A stretch of 64,000 nt of DNA from Paragordius varius (GCA_964247055.1 OZ176058.1:3286001-3350000); one strand, 5' to 3'. Positions 14,614 to 28,400 are shown, counted from the stretch's first letter. Notes: generated by a model from the letters alone, not told the origin. Translations and numbers: made by a program.

Positions 14614-15139
14614 GTAGATTCATGCATATTGTATCTAATTTTATTTTATACTGGTTCTTTTTAAGTATTATAATATAAAAGAAAAAAATAGCGTTGAAAG
14701 GCTAAACGAAAGGAATGTAAAGAATTATGCAATACATTTATACTTATTTCTATTTCTTGCTCTTGCCCATTCGCTTTTATAATAATACACACTTTTAATT
14801 ATTAGTCATTACTTTCATATAAATTAATTTACAATTGATTTAAACACTCTTCCCTTAAAAGTACAAGAGACATTAGGGTTGAAATATGATTAACTATAAA
14901 AAATCACTTTGCTAATCTTTTTCAAATCGACCTTTCCTCTTTGAATCATTTTAAATCAACTTATATATGTAAAACTGGATAACAACTTTGGTTGAATTAA
15001 AAAATACTAGAAACGAATCGAAGATGAAGATCTAGGTTACAAATTAACAAGATTTGTCAGTGATATGGAGAAAATATTTCATTTTTTCAGATACAAGGAT
15101 CTCATTGTTTTCTTGTTATAATAAATTTTGCTATTTTAC

Positions 15140-15308
15140 AGTAGCGTCTGGAATAAAACAATATTAGTCAATAAAAGAGTAAAAAATTTTTTTTCGGAAA
15201 ACCATCCTAGTTGTAAATACACATATCTATAATTTCCCCTGTTTTTTTTTAAAAAAACATTTTTTTATTCTTCTATGGACTAATATTGTTTTACTCCATA
15301 CACTACTG
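15140..15308. mobile_element. MITE family D (CAGTAGCGTATGG TIR)
   Basis: ta|CAGTAGCGTCTGG...CCATACACTACTG|ta; related arms at 10190, 10546, 11139 and 601-712. Confidence 0.7.
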
Positions 15309-15711
15309 TATCTTTGTTTTTTTTAAAAGGAGGAAGGGAGGCGGGGTGCAAGAATTTTTTTTCAATTTGGTGGGCCGTGAACAAAAAAAAGGTTGGGAAT
15401 CACTGCTTTAGTAATCTAAATGATATATTTTATAATTTTGCTCTTTCTTTGGTTTAAGTCCCATTTTTGGCGTAAATTTTTTTGGAGGACCGCGTGTTAT
15501 ACACTTCTTTAATTAGGGAAAAACAGAAGCTACACTGATAATACAAACATTGATGCAAATCATTTTTGATGGATATCGGACATAAAAACAGTTGAATTAA
15601 AAACTAATGATTTAGATTAAATACTTTTGGATAAAATTAAATAATGCTATAGATTGGATTTTATGGCGAACTAAAGAGTGATATAATAATCACCGGTTTT
15701 ATTTTAAAATA

Positions 15712-16761
15712 TATACCATTTGCACTTCAAGAGTGTCCTTGAATACTTCAAGTCCGTTCTTGAACATTTCAAGGTTCTTGAACACTTCAAATTGGTCCTT
15801 GAACTTTTCAAATTGGTCTTTATAATCCAAGTTGGGCCTTCAACACTTCAAGAGTGTTCTTGAAAACTTTAAGCCCGTTCTTGTACTGTTCAAGTTGATT
15901 TTTGAATACAAACTCGTCTTGAAACATTTCAAGTTGGTCCTTCAACACTAGTTGGTGTCCTTAAACATTCAAATTGGTCCTAAAAAATTTTAAGTTTGGA
16001 TTTAGCCATAATTTTTGCATATACTTTATTATCTTTTAACCTAATTTTCTTGATTCTTTATATATTTATTATCATAAAAATTAAATTTATTCAAAAACCA
16101 CTTTTTTGTTTCTAACTAATTTTTTTCCAATTTTACAAAATTATTAATTTTAAATTTTTTTTAATAAAAAATTGGAAATAATAACCTCATATATCTTTTA
16201 ATTATGTGTTATAATCTTATAAACAACTGAAATAATTATAAAAAAATTTTTTTTGATTTCTGAATGATTAAAATTTGATATTGATTTAACAGTAAAAATT
16301 CAAATATACGGATGAAACGTATTAATATAAAGACAAATATTTTTATCTAAAATACAACAATACTTTTTAAAAGCTTATTTTTTCTCATATAAGCTATTAA
16401 TTCAATTGTAAAATAAAAAATTGATTGTCTTAGTAATATATATCACTAATTCAGGCTTTGCCATTTAAAACAATGAATTATATTAAAACAAATTATGATT
16501 TAAAAAGTATGGTTGTATTTTAGAATAAAATATTTGTCTTTATATTTTTCCGTTTTCTCCGTATAATTTCAGTTTTTACTGTATGTTTGAAATATAAAAT
16601 AGGTTAAAATGATAAAATAGATGAATAATATTTGATTTGATCGGTAAAAATTAAAAACAAAACGGAAAATTCACAGAACCGACTTGAAATGTTTAAGGAC
16701 CAATTAAAAGTGTTAAGGACCGTGATGTGATTAAGGAGACTTTTGAAGTGCGAATGGTATA
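15712..16761. mobile_element. TACC-ended element B2 (about 1.05 kb, 21-bp CTTCAAGTTGGTCCTTGAACA arrays) containing a nested family A MITE
   Basis: TATACCATTTGCAC...GTGCGAATGGTATA ends; about 12 left-end 21-mers and degenerate inverted copies at the right end. A second left end occurs at 33701. Confidence 0.8.
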
Positions 16762-18778
16762 TCAACTTTTTTTCCGACCAAATGCAATATTTTTATAACT
16801 CAACACTTTTTAGTTGTTTTTGCTTAAAAAATGATGCGTTTATAAAAAAAATGTTACATTACTAAAAAATGGTATAACAAATCAATAAAACACCACCCAA
16901 ATATTGAACCATATAAAAAGCTATACTTTTTCAGTCAAGAGCAACATTTTTTCAAACAAAAGCAACTGAAAACAGGTGTTGAGGTTAGGATAAAAAAATG
17001 TTCTTTTGACTGAAAAATGGTATACCAATACCATTCTATAGTTGAAAGCAAGACTTTTTTAATTATATGCAACATTTTATAAGCAAATAAAACATTTTTC
17101 AAGAGGCAACATTTTTTCATCTAAACGGAACTAAATATTTTGTGTTTGGATGATAAATGTTTAGCATTTGTTTAAAAAATGGTATAATATGAAAAGTTTG
17201 CTACCAAAAGGGAGTTAATCAATCCATTGATTTTTTCTAAACATATATATCAGTTTTTTGGTGTTTAAAGTAAAAATTCAATTAAACAGGCAAAACAAAA
17301 ATAAAAGACAAACATATTTTATAAAATATACCCTATACCTTTAACCTTGATATTTGTATTAAAAAACTCAAAAAGATATTTCGAACTATACAAATGAGTG
17401 TATTATTAAGTTGGTCTCATCATTTACAACATAAAAAGATGACGTATATTTAAATACTTTAAGAAACACTGTATAACTTAAAACAAAAAAATTGTCTTTA
17501 GGTTTTTACGTTTTGTTTATATAAATGAATAAATATATTATAAAAAAGTGATATTAAAATTAAAATAGTTTAAAGAGCTTAACAGGCGTCCCTCCAGGAC
17601 TTTATGTGCGGACTACGAAAAATTTGGAAATTCATAATTTGCAAAAATATTCTTACAATTTTTTTAAAATTACATTACCTGACCAATCTGTTAAATAAGT
17701 CTTATCAATTGGCAAGAACCAGAAAAATTGTCATATCGTAATTGAATAAAGTATTGTTTAAAATCTAATAAGATTCCCAATATATATATCTCATTAAAAA
17801 ATACCATTTAAAATTGACATTACCCTCAAACATCATATATCCTTAAACATTTATATTTGATACTTAAAGATTTCAATATTTTAAAAATACATTTTCCAGG
17901 GTAAGCTATATAGAATAAAATGTTCTTTTGCATTTTTTATAATTCAAAAAATTTTTCATTATAAAATAATATTTTTTGGATATAAATGCTGTTTAAAAAA
18001 ACTTATAAATACATTTTATTTAATAAATACCAACAAAATGAATTCCATTCAATAAAAACGATTGCTGGCAAGAACGTTTAGCCTGAGTAGGATGTCACCA
18101 TTTATAAAATGCAAGAGTATATAAATTTTTTTTGACTTTAAAATTGGTTCAAGTTATAAGAATTCATATATTTTATAATGATAGTCTCGGTATAAGGACA
18201 AAAACTTTAGTTGACCATTAAGTGTGTTTTAGCCCAATTTCTTTAACTAAACCCTATAATTCTGTAATATAAGCCATCAAATATCTTTGAAATAAATCAT
18301 TAATCAAACCCGTACGGATTTAAGAGGCTTTAAAATTCAATTGCCTCAGCAGGCTCCACCCTCTATCACGCGCATAGCCTATATACAAACAGTTTTTAGT
18401 TATTATGGAAAAAAATTAATTTGTATTTTATGGCGTTATATCTAAACATTTACCTGGCAAAATTTTTTTATAATTTTAAACGTAACCGTTTATCCCACCG
18501 AAATAATAATTTAAGGTTACCAAAATATTATTTTTGTTAAATTCAAATAAAAATAATTGCATAGTAAAAATTTACAATGTTATCACATATTTATATCTTT
18601 ATAAAAAACATATATGAATCATAACATATTGGTAGAGTTTAACAATGTATATGTTCACATTTCACAATGATGATATCAATAAATGCTAAACTGCCAAAAT
18701 TTCACATGTTAAACTTCCCTCACATTAGACTCAAAACAAGTGATCATAATATGGAACGGTGTATGAGATTAGAGATAA

Positions 18779-21700
18779 TTATTGATTATTATTTGTGGTC
18801 GTAGTGCTGTTTGTGGCTTGGTGTGGGGAAGGGATAAAAGGCGGTAGAGACGAGCCTACGCCACTACTGTTTCTCGCCCCTGGGGCACACAATGATGCCA
18901 TCATTGCACGACCCATGGCCGAGGAAAGGAATTTCAAGGCCCGTTCTCGATCGCCTTTATTTAGGCTTTTGAGGTATGCTATCATTTCGCTCGGATGAGG
19001 TAAAAAGTTTGGTGGTGTTGCTGCAGCTACATTGTTTATATCGGTTGGCGCGGCTTGATAATTGAGATTGCGGTCATTATCAGCATGAATATTATCGCTT
19101 GGGGAAGTTTTATTCGGGAAGTAAGGATTATTAAAAAAATTTCCAAATTGTGGTGGCAACATGGATGCGTTGCCCAACATTGCAGAAGAAATGTGAGAAG
19201 CTGGATTATTATTTGATTTGGCTCCTCCGACTTTAGTAAACATAATTTCCTGTAGTTTTTGAGCGGCGGCATAATTTATATCAAATAAACTATTTGGAGT
19301 TCCTTTAATATCATTATTATTACTATATATGTTGTTGTGCATATCAGCTTTGAATAAAGATGAATTTGCAGGGGAACTTGTAATGTGATTATCATTATTG
19401 CGACCGGAGGAAGAGCGTTGATGCGACTTTGATTGAGAATGAGCAGGGGCGACATCCAAATTATTATTGTAATGTATTGTGGCAAGATTATTTTTTTCTT
19501 GTTTTGACTTTTTTTGTTGCTGGGGTGGCGTAAAAACTGATGTTTCAGGCAACATTTGATTGTTGGAAGAGGGTGTGGTGGTAGTTTTTGCCGAATTAAG
19601 CGATGATCGTTGCTGAGCCATATTAAGCAACTTTTGTTGTTGAGCAAATATGAGACTTTCGATTTCCTGCTCCTGTTGAAGAGCTTGGACAAAAGCCGAT
19701 TTAAGACGGGCAGTATGTTCGGCTTTAAGAGCTCGCTTCTGATTAGTCGTAGCACAAGTTTCACAAATGACAGCAATAGGAGGAACTTTAGTGTTCAATG
19801 AAACTTTTGCGACAGAAGAGTTTTCAAGAGTGGTTTTAGAGCTATTGTCCACAGAGGAAGTAATGACCGTAGGATCCATATTATCATCTATAACAATATT
19901 ACCAACTTCAGTTTGAGTTGTTTGTTCGCTCTTAATTTCCTCTTTGCCAACCGGGTGTTCTTGTTTTAAATTATCTTCATTTATATTCGTTGCAGAATTA
20001 TCAGCAATATGCACTTGCCAAATAGGTGAAAAATCTGTCCCACATTGTTCACATGTATTAGGCCGACCCCTGAATAAACGCGTAAGAGATTCCCTGCGTC
20101 CGGAAACAAGAATGGCCAAAATTTTAAGATTGGCTTCGATAGCGGGATCCAATGTGTTAGATGAAATTGCAGCACTTTGTGATTTCTTGGAATTGGTTGA
20201 CGCGGAAATGGATTGTACTAGCCGTTTTTGCAAAACGCTCAAGAGTGAAATGATCGTATCTTCCAATCCGTACAACAAAGAAAATGTGATATAATTAGCC
20301 CCACAAGGGATAAAATGGAGACGAGGAGGTGGTGGTTTGGGAGGCGGGATCTGTAACAACGTTTTTTCCAATTGTTTTCGTAACGCTAATTTAGCCGCAG
20401 CTTGTTGCTGTTTAAGGGCATGTGCCGTCATTTCAACTGCGTTTGGACTCATTTGCGGATCAGAGGAATTTTTATTGTCCACCAAATTCGTACCATCTAC
20501 ATCAGTTGCCACATTATTGGATTCGTCATTGAAACGTGGTACGAAACTTTTGGGGGAGGATGCGTTTACATGGGGTTGTTTTCTATCATCCCAACGGCCG
20601 TCATGGGACGACGCATTAGCTAATGACGATTGAGACTTATCTCCAATATAGTTATTATGGTTAAGTGCATTTTTACCAATATTCTCGTTCAGCGTTGAGG
20701 ATGAATCAATATTGCGAAATAGATTAACATTATTATTATTATTGGCTATACCATTATAATCAGGTTGTGTAAAAGCTTTTTTATTCCCTATATTCGTTTC
20801 CGTAAGCGATGAATGCTGATTTCTTGGAGCCAAATCATTCAAACCATTATAGTTAGAGGTGTTGGCCAGAGCAGGGTTGTTGTTGGTATTCATACTTTCC
20901 TTCATAACGTGCATTTGATGCATCATAAGTGTTGTAGCCGCATTTTTAAGATCGGTAGCGCCCAACGACAGTTGATCATTCGCACCATTCAAGGGGAAAT
21001 TAAGTCCCAATTTAGTGAATTGATTGGAGATTCGTAAAGCTGCCTCCCGGTTAGCAGCATTGGGGCATTTGGTAAAATTTGGATTAGGAGTGATATCATA
21101 ATTTTCTTTGTTGTTGTCATCAGCTGTTTTATAGGCACTGGACTCAGCAGCAGCTGATTGTTGTTGAAGAATCGAGGTAAGTTCTGTCAAATAGATTGGG
21201 ACAAGGAACTGAGGTATTTTGGCTTGGAGACAGGCCAACCGTATAGACTTGAGTAAACAAAGTTTAGCTTCTTCCTGACGCAGTTTTAGGCAAGCTTGTG
21301 TAACCAATTCAGACAACACCTCCGGTTTTATGGATTGAAGCAATTTTGTCCTCGCATCTGTCATATTGGTACTGTTAGTGTTAATATTCATCTCAGCGGG
21401 TGTGGATTGCTGCGGTTGTTGACAAAGTCTTTTAGCTGCAAATAGTGAAGAGTTAGGACAACCTGTTGTTGCCATGTCTTGATGCGCAACGCCACCAAAG
21501 GCCGAATCCCTGAGCGCTTGCTTAAACAGCTGATCTTCGTTCAAATCTTTGCGTTTGGTTGCTGCAACACGTTTGGAATAACGTTTAGTAGTTGTGGTTG
21601 AAACAGGCATCGTGGTTGCCATGGAAACGGCGGCATCAGTTGTCACCATATGTTGGTCCATCATTTCCACTTCTTCGGTTGAAACATTTGTTAGTTGTTG

Positions 21701-23522
21701 CTGCTGAGTGTCCAGCACGTGGTTAGTGGTACAAGTTTGAGATATAGCAGAGTTGTCCGGGGATCTAACACGGTAAATATGGGGATATATTTTTTTATTT
21801 GTCAAAGAATTTGTACTTTAATCAATTGTTATATTCACCAAAATAAATTCTACAGGGCGCTGAAAAATATTTTCTTGTCTCAAAGGCCCTCTAATATAAA
21901 TTAATATTTTAAATGGCTGTTTGACACGTTTGCAGAAATTTATTTTTCAGAGTCCATAAAATATTTTCAGGGCTATGAAAAGTACATCTTGTGGCGGGGT
22001 TTGAGAATTTTTGCATAAAATATGAGAATTTAACGTAATAATAATTTTGAAAAGAGTTAGCATTTTCGTTCAATAGTAATTTACCGAATATTTACACCAA
22101 AATAAAAAATATTTATTCTATATCAGTGAAAACGAAAAACTAAAAGATAAATTTCTAATAAAATTATATTTCAAAATTCAATTCTGTTTAGGCTTGGTCA
22201 TTTAAGATAAATATGTGTGTTTTTATGGTAATAACCCTTAAAAGGTAAATCGTAAAAAGATTTCTCTGCGAATGCTCAATCTTAAAAAAATATTAAAATA
22301 TATCACAAAAAGCAAATTATATATTGAACTATAATTAACAAGTCAAAAAAATTTGGACCTTGCAAAACTCAGCTGGTTTTCTTAAGATAAAAGCGAAATA
22401 GCCGATATTGCGTGATAAAAATTTATAAATAAAGTAGTTATGTTAAAAATAAATAAAAATCTAAATTTCTAAATTCTCCTTAAATTGTTATGGTCTCAAA
22501 ATTCAAAATTCATTGGCCTATAATTTTTTTGTGGAGTATCATCAATTAACAAACCCTTTTAGAATACATTTCCCTCTGGTTCGCAGTAAAAAACGTGTTT
22601 AAACTAAATAGTAAAGGTTCAATATTTTCGATGCATTCGGTTCCAAATATATCTTTGTTGAAAAAGATAAGTAAACAAACAAATTAATAACAAAAAATAT
22701 TCGGGATATTTTTCTTTGGATAAAATAAAAATTTCATAACAACATGTTTGAGACAATTCAAAATTAAAATTACTATCATACGTATTTTTGAGCTGTTAAA
22801 ATCCGCTTCCCGTTCCAATACTTGATTTATTTTTACCTATAATTTGAATTTTTAAGCTCAAAAATACGATAAAAAAAGCATAGTTAACTTTACGAGCTCA
22901 AAATTTTACAGCAAAGTGCGCTTTTTAAAATTGTTGACGCCATATCGCCATCTTTTAATCAATTTAGCCCATTTTTGCAGAGTCATCCACAAATGTATGA
23001 CGGATGGATGATCCCATTTATGATAAATTATTTTATTTTAAAAATTTTCAAAAAACCTATATTACAAAACCAAGAATATCATGAGTCCTTATAAAACTGG
23101 TATACAATTATACGTAAAATAAATCAAAATAAAGATTGGCTCTATAAATACATTATATTTCAAATTGCACTTAACTATGGAATAAAATTTAAATTATTTG
23201 GAATTTCAGCATCGTTAACTTTTTAGAAGTATTTAGTAACCAATTTTTAAATCTTTCATTAGATTTTGCTTAATAAGGTCAAATTCATATTTGTATTACG
23301 TAACTATTATATGTGTTCGATAGATAATGACGAGGATATGGAAATATTAAAATTAACAAAATTTCATAAAAGTAATGTATGTGTGTAAACAAAAAGGAAA
23401 CAAATATTATATAAAACAAACAATAAACATGCTTACATGTGATTAGGCAGCTGCGCGTTGTCCCCGGCAACACGATTGACGTCACAAGGAAAACTTGTTT
23501 CAATTGTATTTTCATCTCCCAT
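18779..23522 (-). CDS. GATAD2: Transcriptional repressor p66 / GATAD2 (NuRD subunit)
   Basis: The 3-kb ORF 18779-21805 carries the CR1 coiled coil (LRQEEAKLCLLKSIR), CR2 (AAAKLALRKQLEKTLLQIPPPKPPPP..HFIP) and GATA-type finger halves (CEQCGTDFSPIW; CETCATTNQKRALKAEHTARLKSAFVQALQQEQEIE). The track start is TTG. A likely first exon is 23522-23437 (MGDENTIETSFPCDVNRVAGDNAQLPNH, GTAAGC donor, phase 2), which fits acceptors giving exon starts at 21815 or 21764. Exon 1 is less certain (about 0.6). Confidence 0.93.
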
Positions 23523-24393
23523 TTTTAATTATGTCTCCAAGTGTTTTTTGTGTGGATTTAATATTAAATCTGACAATATAATAATTCAGTCATTTAGGGT
23601 TTGTAATTTTTTTAAAATGGCCGTTAAATTAAACCGTCTGCGATTTGATGTTAAAACAAAATGGCGGACAAAAGTTTTGTGTAAGGTTATTTTTTAAATT
23701 TTATACGTATTTAATTTTTTTAAATTCAGCAGGCTTAATATTTATTTTTACGGTATTTCTGCTTATTTTTGTTAATACGCTATGGTTTACAATGTAATAT
23801 AGTTCAGATAGGGATTCATTATACATATACATATATGAATATATAATATGTTTATAATCTTGTTAAAATCAATAATTTACGGAAAATAAATTTGATCAAT
23901 CAATAAATTTAGTGTTGGATAAATTTTCAACAAAAATTCATAAATCTACGGTTACTATATATGCGTTATGTGCAAACCCATAAAATATTATGCAAAAGTT
24001 TATACCTTCTTTAAATGAATATTGCCTTGGTTTTGTAGGGTCAATACGAACGGTTGAAACGCATTTCGTATCTGTGAATAATAAAAAAATAAAAATCAGT
24101 ATCACATTAGCCATGCTTTATATTCTTAAATCGAAAGAATATTTTTGAAATAAATTTAAGACAATATTAGAAAGTTTTGAAAAGTTTTAAATGTGTATAT
24201 TTAAATCACATACCTTAATTACGAATAACTATATGGAAAAAAGAAAAGTACATACATAGATGATGGAGCAAACACACATCACACAAGAAAACTTAAAAAG
24301 GTAAAAATAAAAAAATGATATTTATCATTTTATTTTGTGGAAGAGAAAGACTGTAACCATATTGATAAAACGATCTAATAATAAACAAGTGTC

Positions 24394-24407
24394 GTTACTA
24401 TGGCAAC
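24394..24407. promoter_or_regulatory. RFX X-box-like site GTTACTATGGCAAC, with TCACGTGA E-box at 24456-24463
   Basis: Matches the palindromic GTTNC(C/T)ATGGNAAC consensus, in MITE-poor DNA about 0.9 kb upstream of the predicted p66 ATG. Function is untested. Confidence 0.4.
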
Positions 24408-24949
24408 GAATATTTAGCACACTCAAATAAAATGACACTAAACGATTAGGAAAACTCACGTGATTTCCGTTATTACATTGCCATATAAGGCAGACGATAT
24501 CAAATATTTAAAAATAGGCATAAATTGGTCGTAAAACTGAGTTTTAATACTATAAATTTAACATAATAGATATTAACAGTAAACATCAATGAAATTGACC
24601 ATTTAATTATAATGAATTTATATATATAGATATATTTACTAATAATATGCTTAAAAAACTTTTACCGTTGTAATATGAATATTAAGAATAGTTTTAGTGT
24701 GACGAACAATATATGTGATATGTGTGTGTATATATGTATATATATTTTAGAATGATTGTGGAAAAATTACGTAGCAGAAAAAAAGAACAAATAATAAATA
24801 TAAAAAATCAAAAAAATGTTAAAATGAATGTAAATAAAAATAAAATTGTTTACTTGTGTTTCCTCCACCACTCACTTCAAAATTAGATTATTGTTTACGA
24901 TTAAAATGGCGTTGGGGTCACTCCGTGCCCCTTTTGAGCGCGTGTCTGG

Positions 24950-25410
24950 TGTGCCCATCTATAAATTTCATGTGCTTATCTATAAGACTTATGTGCCTAT
25001 CTATAAGACTTATGTGCCTATGTATTGGTTATATATGTGATTATGTATAAGATGTTTGTGCGTATCTATAAGTTTATCTACTTAAGTTTGAATTTATTTG
25101 CTTATCTATAAAACTCAATGTGCCCCATCTATAATCAAAGTGCCCATCTATAAAAATTATGTGGTTAAGTGTGAAATTAAATCTCTAAGAGTTATGTGTG
25201 CTTATATATAAAGTTTATGTGATTATGTGTATTAGTTTTATGTGGTTATCTATAAGATTTTTTGTACTTGTATATATTAGTTTTATGTGGTTATCTATAA
25301 ATTTTTTGTACTCATTTATAAAATTTATGAGATTGAGTGTGAATTTATTTGCAAACTATAAATTTTATGTGGTTATCTAAAAATTTCCATGTGCTTCTCT
25401 ATAAAGTATT
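24950..25410. repeat. Degenerate 21-bp minisatellite (TATCTATAAGACTTATGTGCC), about 20 units
   Basis: Two perfect units at about 24977-25020, decaying rightwards. Confidence 0.85.
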
Positions 25411-28400
25411 ATGTTTGTTGTTCTAGCTTTATAAATATATCTTTAAAATTTTGATTTAATTATGATCAATATTATTTCTTTTGTTTTTAGTGCATATCAT
25501 CGAAAAAGATATTACCTTTTGTCCGTATAATTTCGATTTTTTTGTATCTCATGGCATTTCTAAAATTTTGTAATTCAAATGAGCCAACTAAATCTTAGTT
25601 TAAAATTGTGGTTCCCATAAGTATTAATTGTAATTTCTTTTAAAAAATTTTAATATCAAAAAACTCAATAACCCTGAATTTTATATACTCCTTTATATAT
25701 AGGTTTAAATACCTTAATAATAAAATTCAAATACGATGTCCTGAATTAAAATAAAAAACTCAAAACTGCCTGATTTTTTATTCAAAAAACCATAAATTTT
25801 AATAATTTTATACGTGAATCATTAACCCATCAAAAAGACCCCTGAACAATTTAAACCTTGAATAATTCAAACTCACCCTTTAACAATATAAATTCATCCT
25901 AAAATAAATTCTATGTTTTTTTAAGATCGTATATTTTTTTATTAAAATCCAAATAATATTAAAATAATAAGCTCTGCCATAAAGATATATTTCATATAAA
26001 TGATGAGTTATATTTGCCCGAAAACACATAATTTATAGGGTGAATTTGAATTGTTTGAGAGTGAAATTGAATTGTTTGAGGGTGAATTTAAATTGTAAAT
26101 GGTATTTATAAAATTTCAAAAATTTAATTTTCTTTATCTGAATTATTGACAAAAATATTTCCTCGCAGTCCTATTTAATAAAACTTATAAAAATTATAGC
26201 TAATAACTGCAATGCTATAAACATCGACTGGTCTTAATTATAAGCAATTCCAATTGAAAAATTTTCGATTTGATTACGAACCAAAATTAAAAACTCAAAA
26301 ACAAATGTTTGGCAACTCTACTTATTTAAATTTGATTTTATCTTCATAAACTATATGATTACTATTTGATGTATAATTGAGTCCATAACCAATTTATATA
26401 TCATTCCTACTACAAAAAACGATGAATTATATTTAACATTCATTACCTTTTCACTTGTTTGTCTTAGTTTACTTTTGGGGTAGCTTTATACCCCAGAGCT
26501 CTATTTTGTTAATAAACTACAGTTTTGAGGTTATTTTATATAAAAAATATCAAAAATTTAATTTATCTATTATAGATAAAAAGGCTTAAATTTTTACAGT
26601 TTTGTTACTTCTAGGGTCTAAAATTGGGACAGCTTCAAAACACGATTGAAACAAACAGCTGATATTAAAAAATATTTCAAGTTTTTGCTGGTAAAATGTA
26701 GCCTTAAAGCTTTTAACAAGTACTTATTAACATTTAACCATAATATTCCTTTGTTTGCCTGTTGCATTAAGAAAAAAATGGTGGCAAAAAAGTGTTTGAG
26801 ATGAGGATTTTTACAATTTTACATTTTTGAAAAAATTTTTTTATAATGCGCCTAAAAGATAAAAGAAAGCATAAAATTTGGCTTAATATAATACTTTTTG
26901 GGATATTCAGATTTTAAATGGCTTTGGGATATAAAACTACCCTAAAAGGTAATGGAGTGTTAAAGAAGATTAAAAAAGTACAGCTGTTTATTATATTTAA
27001 ACATTTCGTCACCTTGTGGGGTAGTTTTATACTTCAGGGCCATTTATATTCAAATATTTAAAAGTTTCTTTTATAATTTTGCCCCAAAAAAATATGTGTA
27101 CTTTTTGGCCATGGGTCTCCAAAACGGCTTCGCCGGTCTCATTTTTCGATCAAAAAATTCCACGGGTCGCATTATTAAAATATATGGCTATTAACAAATA
27201 CTTTATTAGGTTTTAGACCTAGGGCTGTGAAAACAACTATTTTTAACATTTTACCAATATTCGGAAAATGATCAGAAAATCAGTTTAAGAAAATGATTAT
27301 TTCTTGTGGTTTGTAGAAATATTTTGGACAGCCGTGTATTGGTCATCCCTGTTTAAGGCGTAGAATGCAATAAATAATTAAAAAAATGTAAAATTGTAAA
27401 AATTTCTTTATCATATACAGGAATGTATATTATGGTTAATAAATATGAAGAATTAAATTTGTAAAGCTTTCAAATCACATTTTATCAGCAAATTTTTCAT
27501 ATTTATTGATTATCAGCTGTTCTTATCAATCGTTTTTATGGCTTTCTCAATTTGAAACTCTAAAGGGTTGTCCAACGCCTTTTGAACTGGAAAAAACTGA
27601 CAGGCCGAATTTGATTATATCTATGCGGGCAATCATAAATATTTCACTAGATATCAAACATAAGACCATAAAATACAAACAGAAAACATTCCGAAAATTT
27701 ATTTGCGAAAATTCAATTTTACAAAGATATTGTCAACATTATTTTGCAAATTCGGAAATCCAATTTTTTTGTGGGCTGCGCACATACTGTCTTGGAGGGC
27801 TGCATGTTGGCCACCCCTGCCTGCACTAGGAGTTAAAAGTAAAAATTCCAAATTCATCTAATACAGGAGAAGATGGTAATTTACAGTAAAAACTGAAATT
27901 ATACGGACAAATTGTAGAAATATAATGAATTTTTTTTCCGAAAACAACCATACTTTTTAAAACATTAATTTTTGTTATTAAAATATTTAATTACAATCGT
28001 AAACTACATAATTGACTGTGCTACCAACCAATCCCATTTATTTTATATTTTGCAATTTAATACAATCAGTTATATATGAAAAATAAAGATTCAAAAAATA
28101 TGGTTGTGTTTTGGAAAAAAATATTTGTCTTTATATTTTTAAGTTTTGTCCGTATAATTTTAAATTATTCTGTAATTTTTAACCAAGGCTTTCAAAACAA
28201 CGATTTTTTACTACTTTAAGCTATAAGGTAAAAGATACCCCAAAATGTCATCGCATACGAAATAAAAATTTAATAAAGTGTTAAATATTTGTCGTTTGTA
28301 ACGTATTTCCCGTAAATTTTCATTTTTTACTGGGAATATACGATGTGACAATAAAAAAAACAAAATCTTGGTTTTTAACTACGTAAGATTATATATATTA

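Noticed and set aside
18795-21904. Overlapping and antisense ORFs across the p66 exon
   Set aside because: Shadow ORFs of a long GC-richer coding exon; no motifs or splice support.
24846-25050. ORFs running into the 21-bp minisatellite (MALGSLRAPFERV...)
   Set aside because: Mostly repeat translation, no convincing donor; kept only as a repeat observation.
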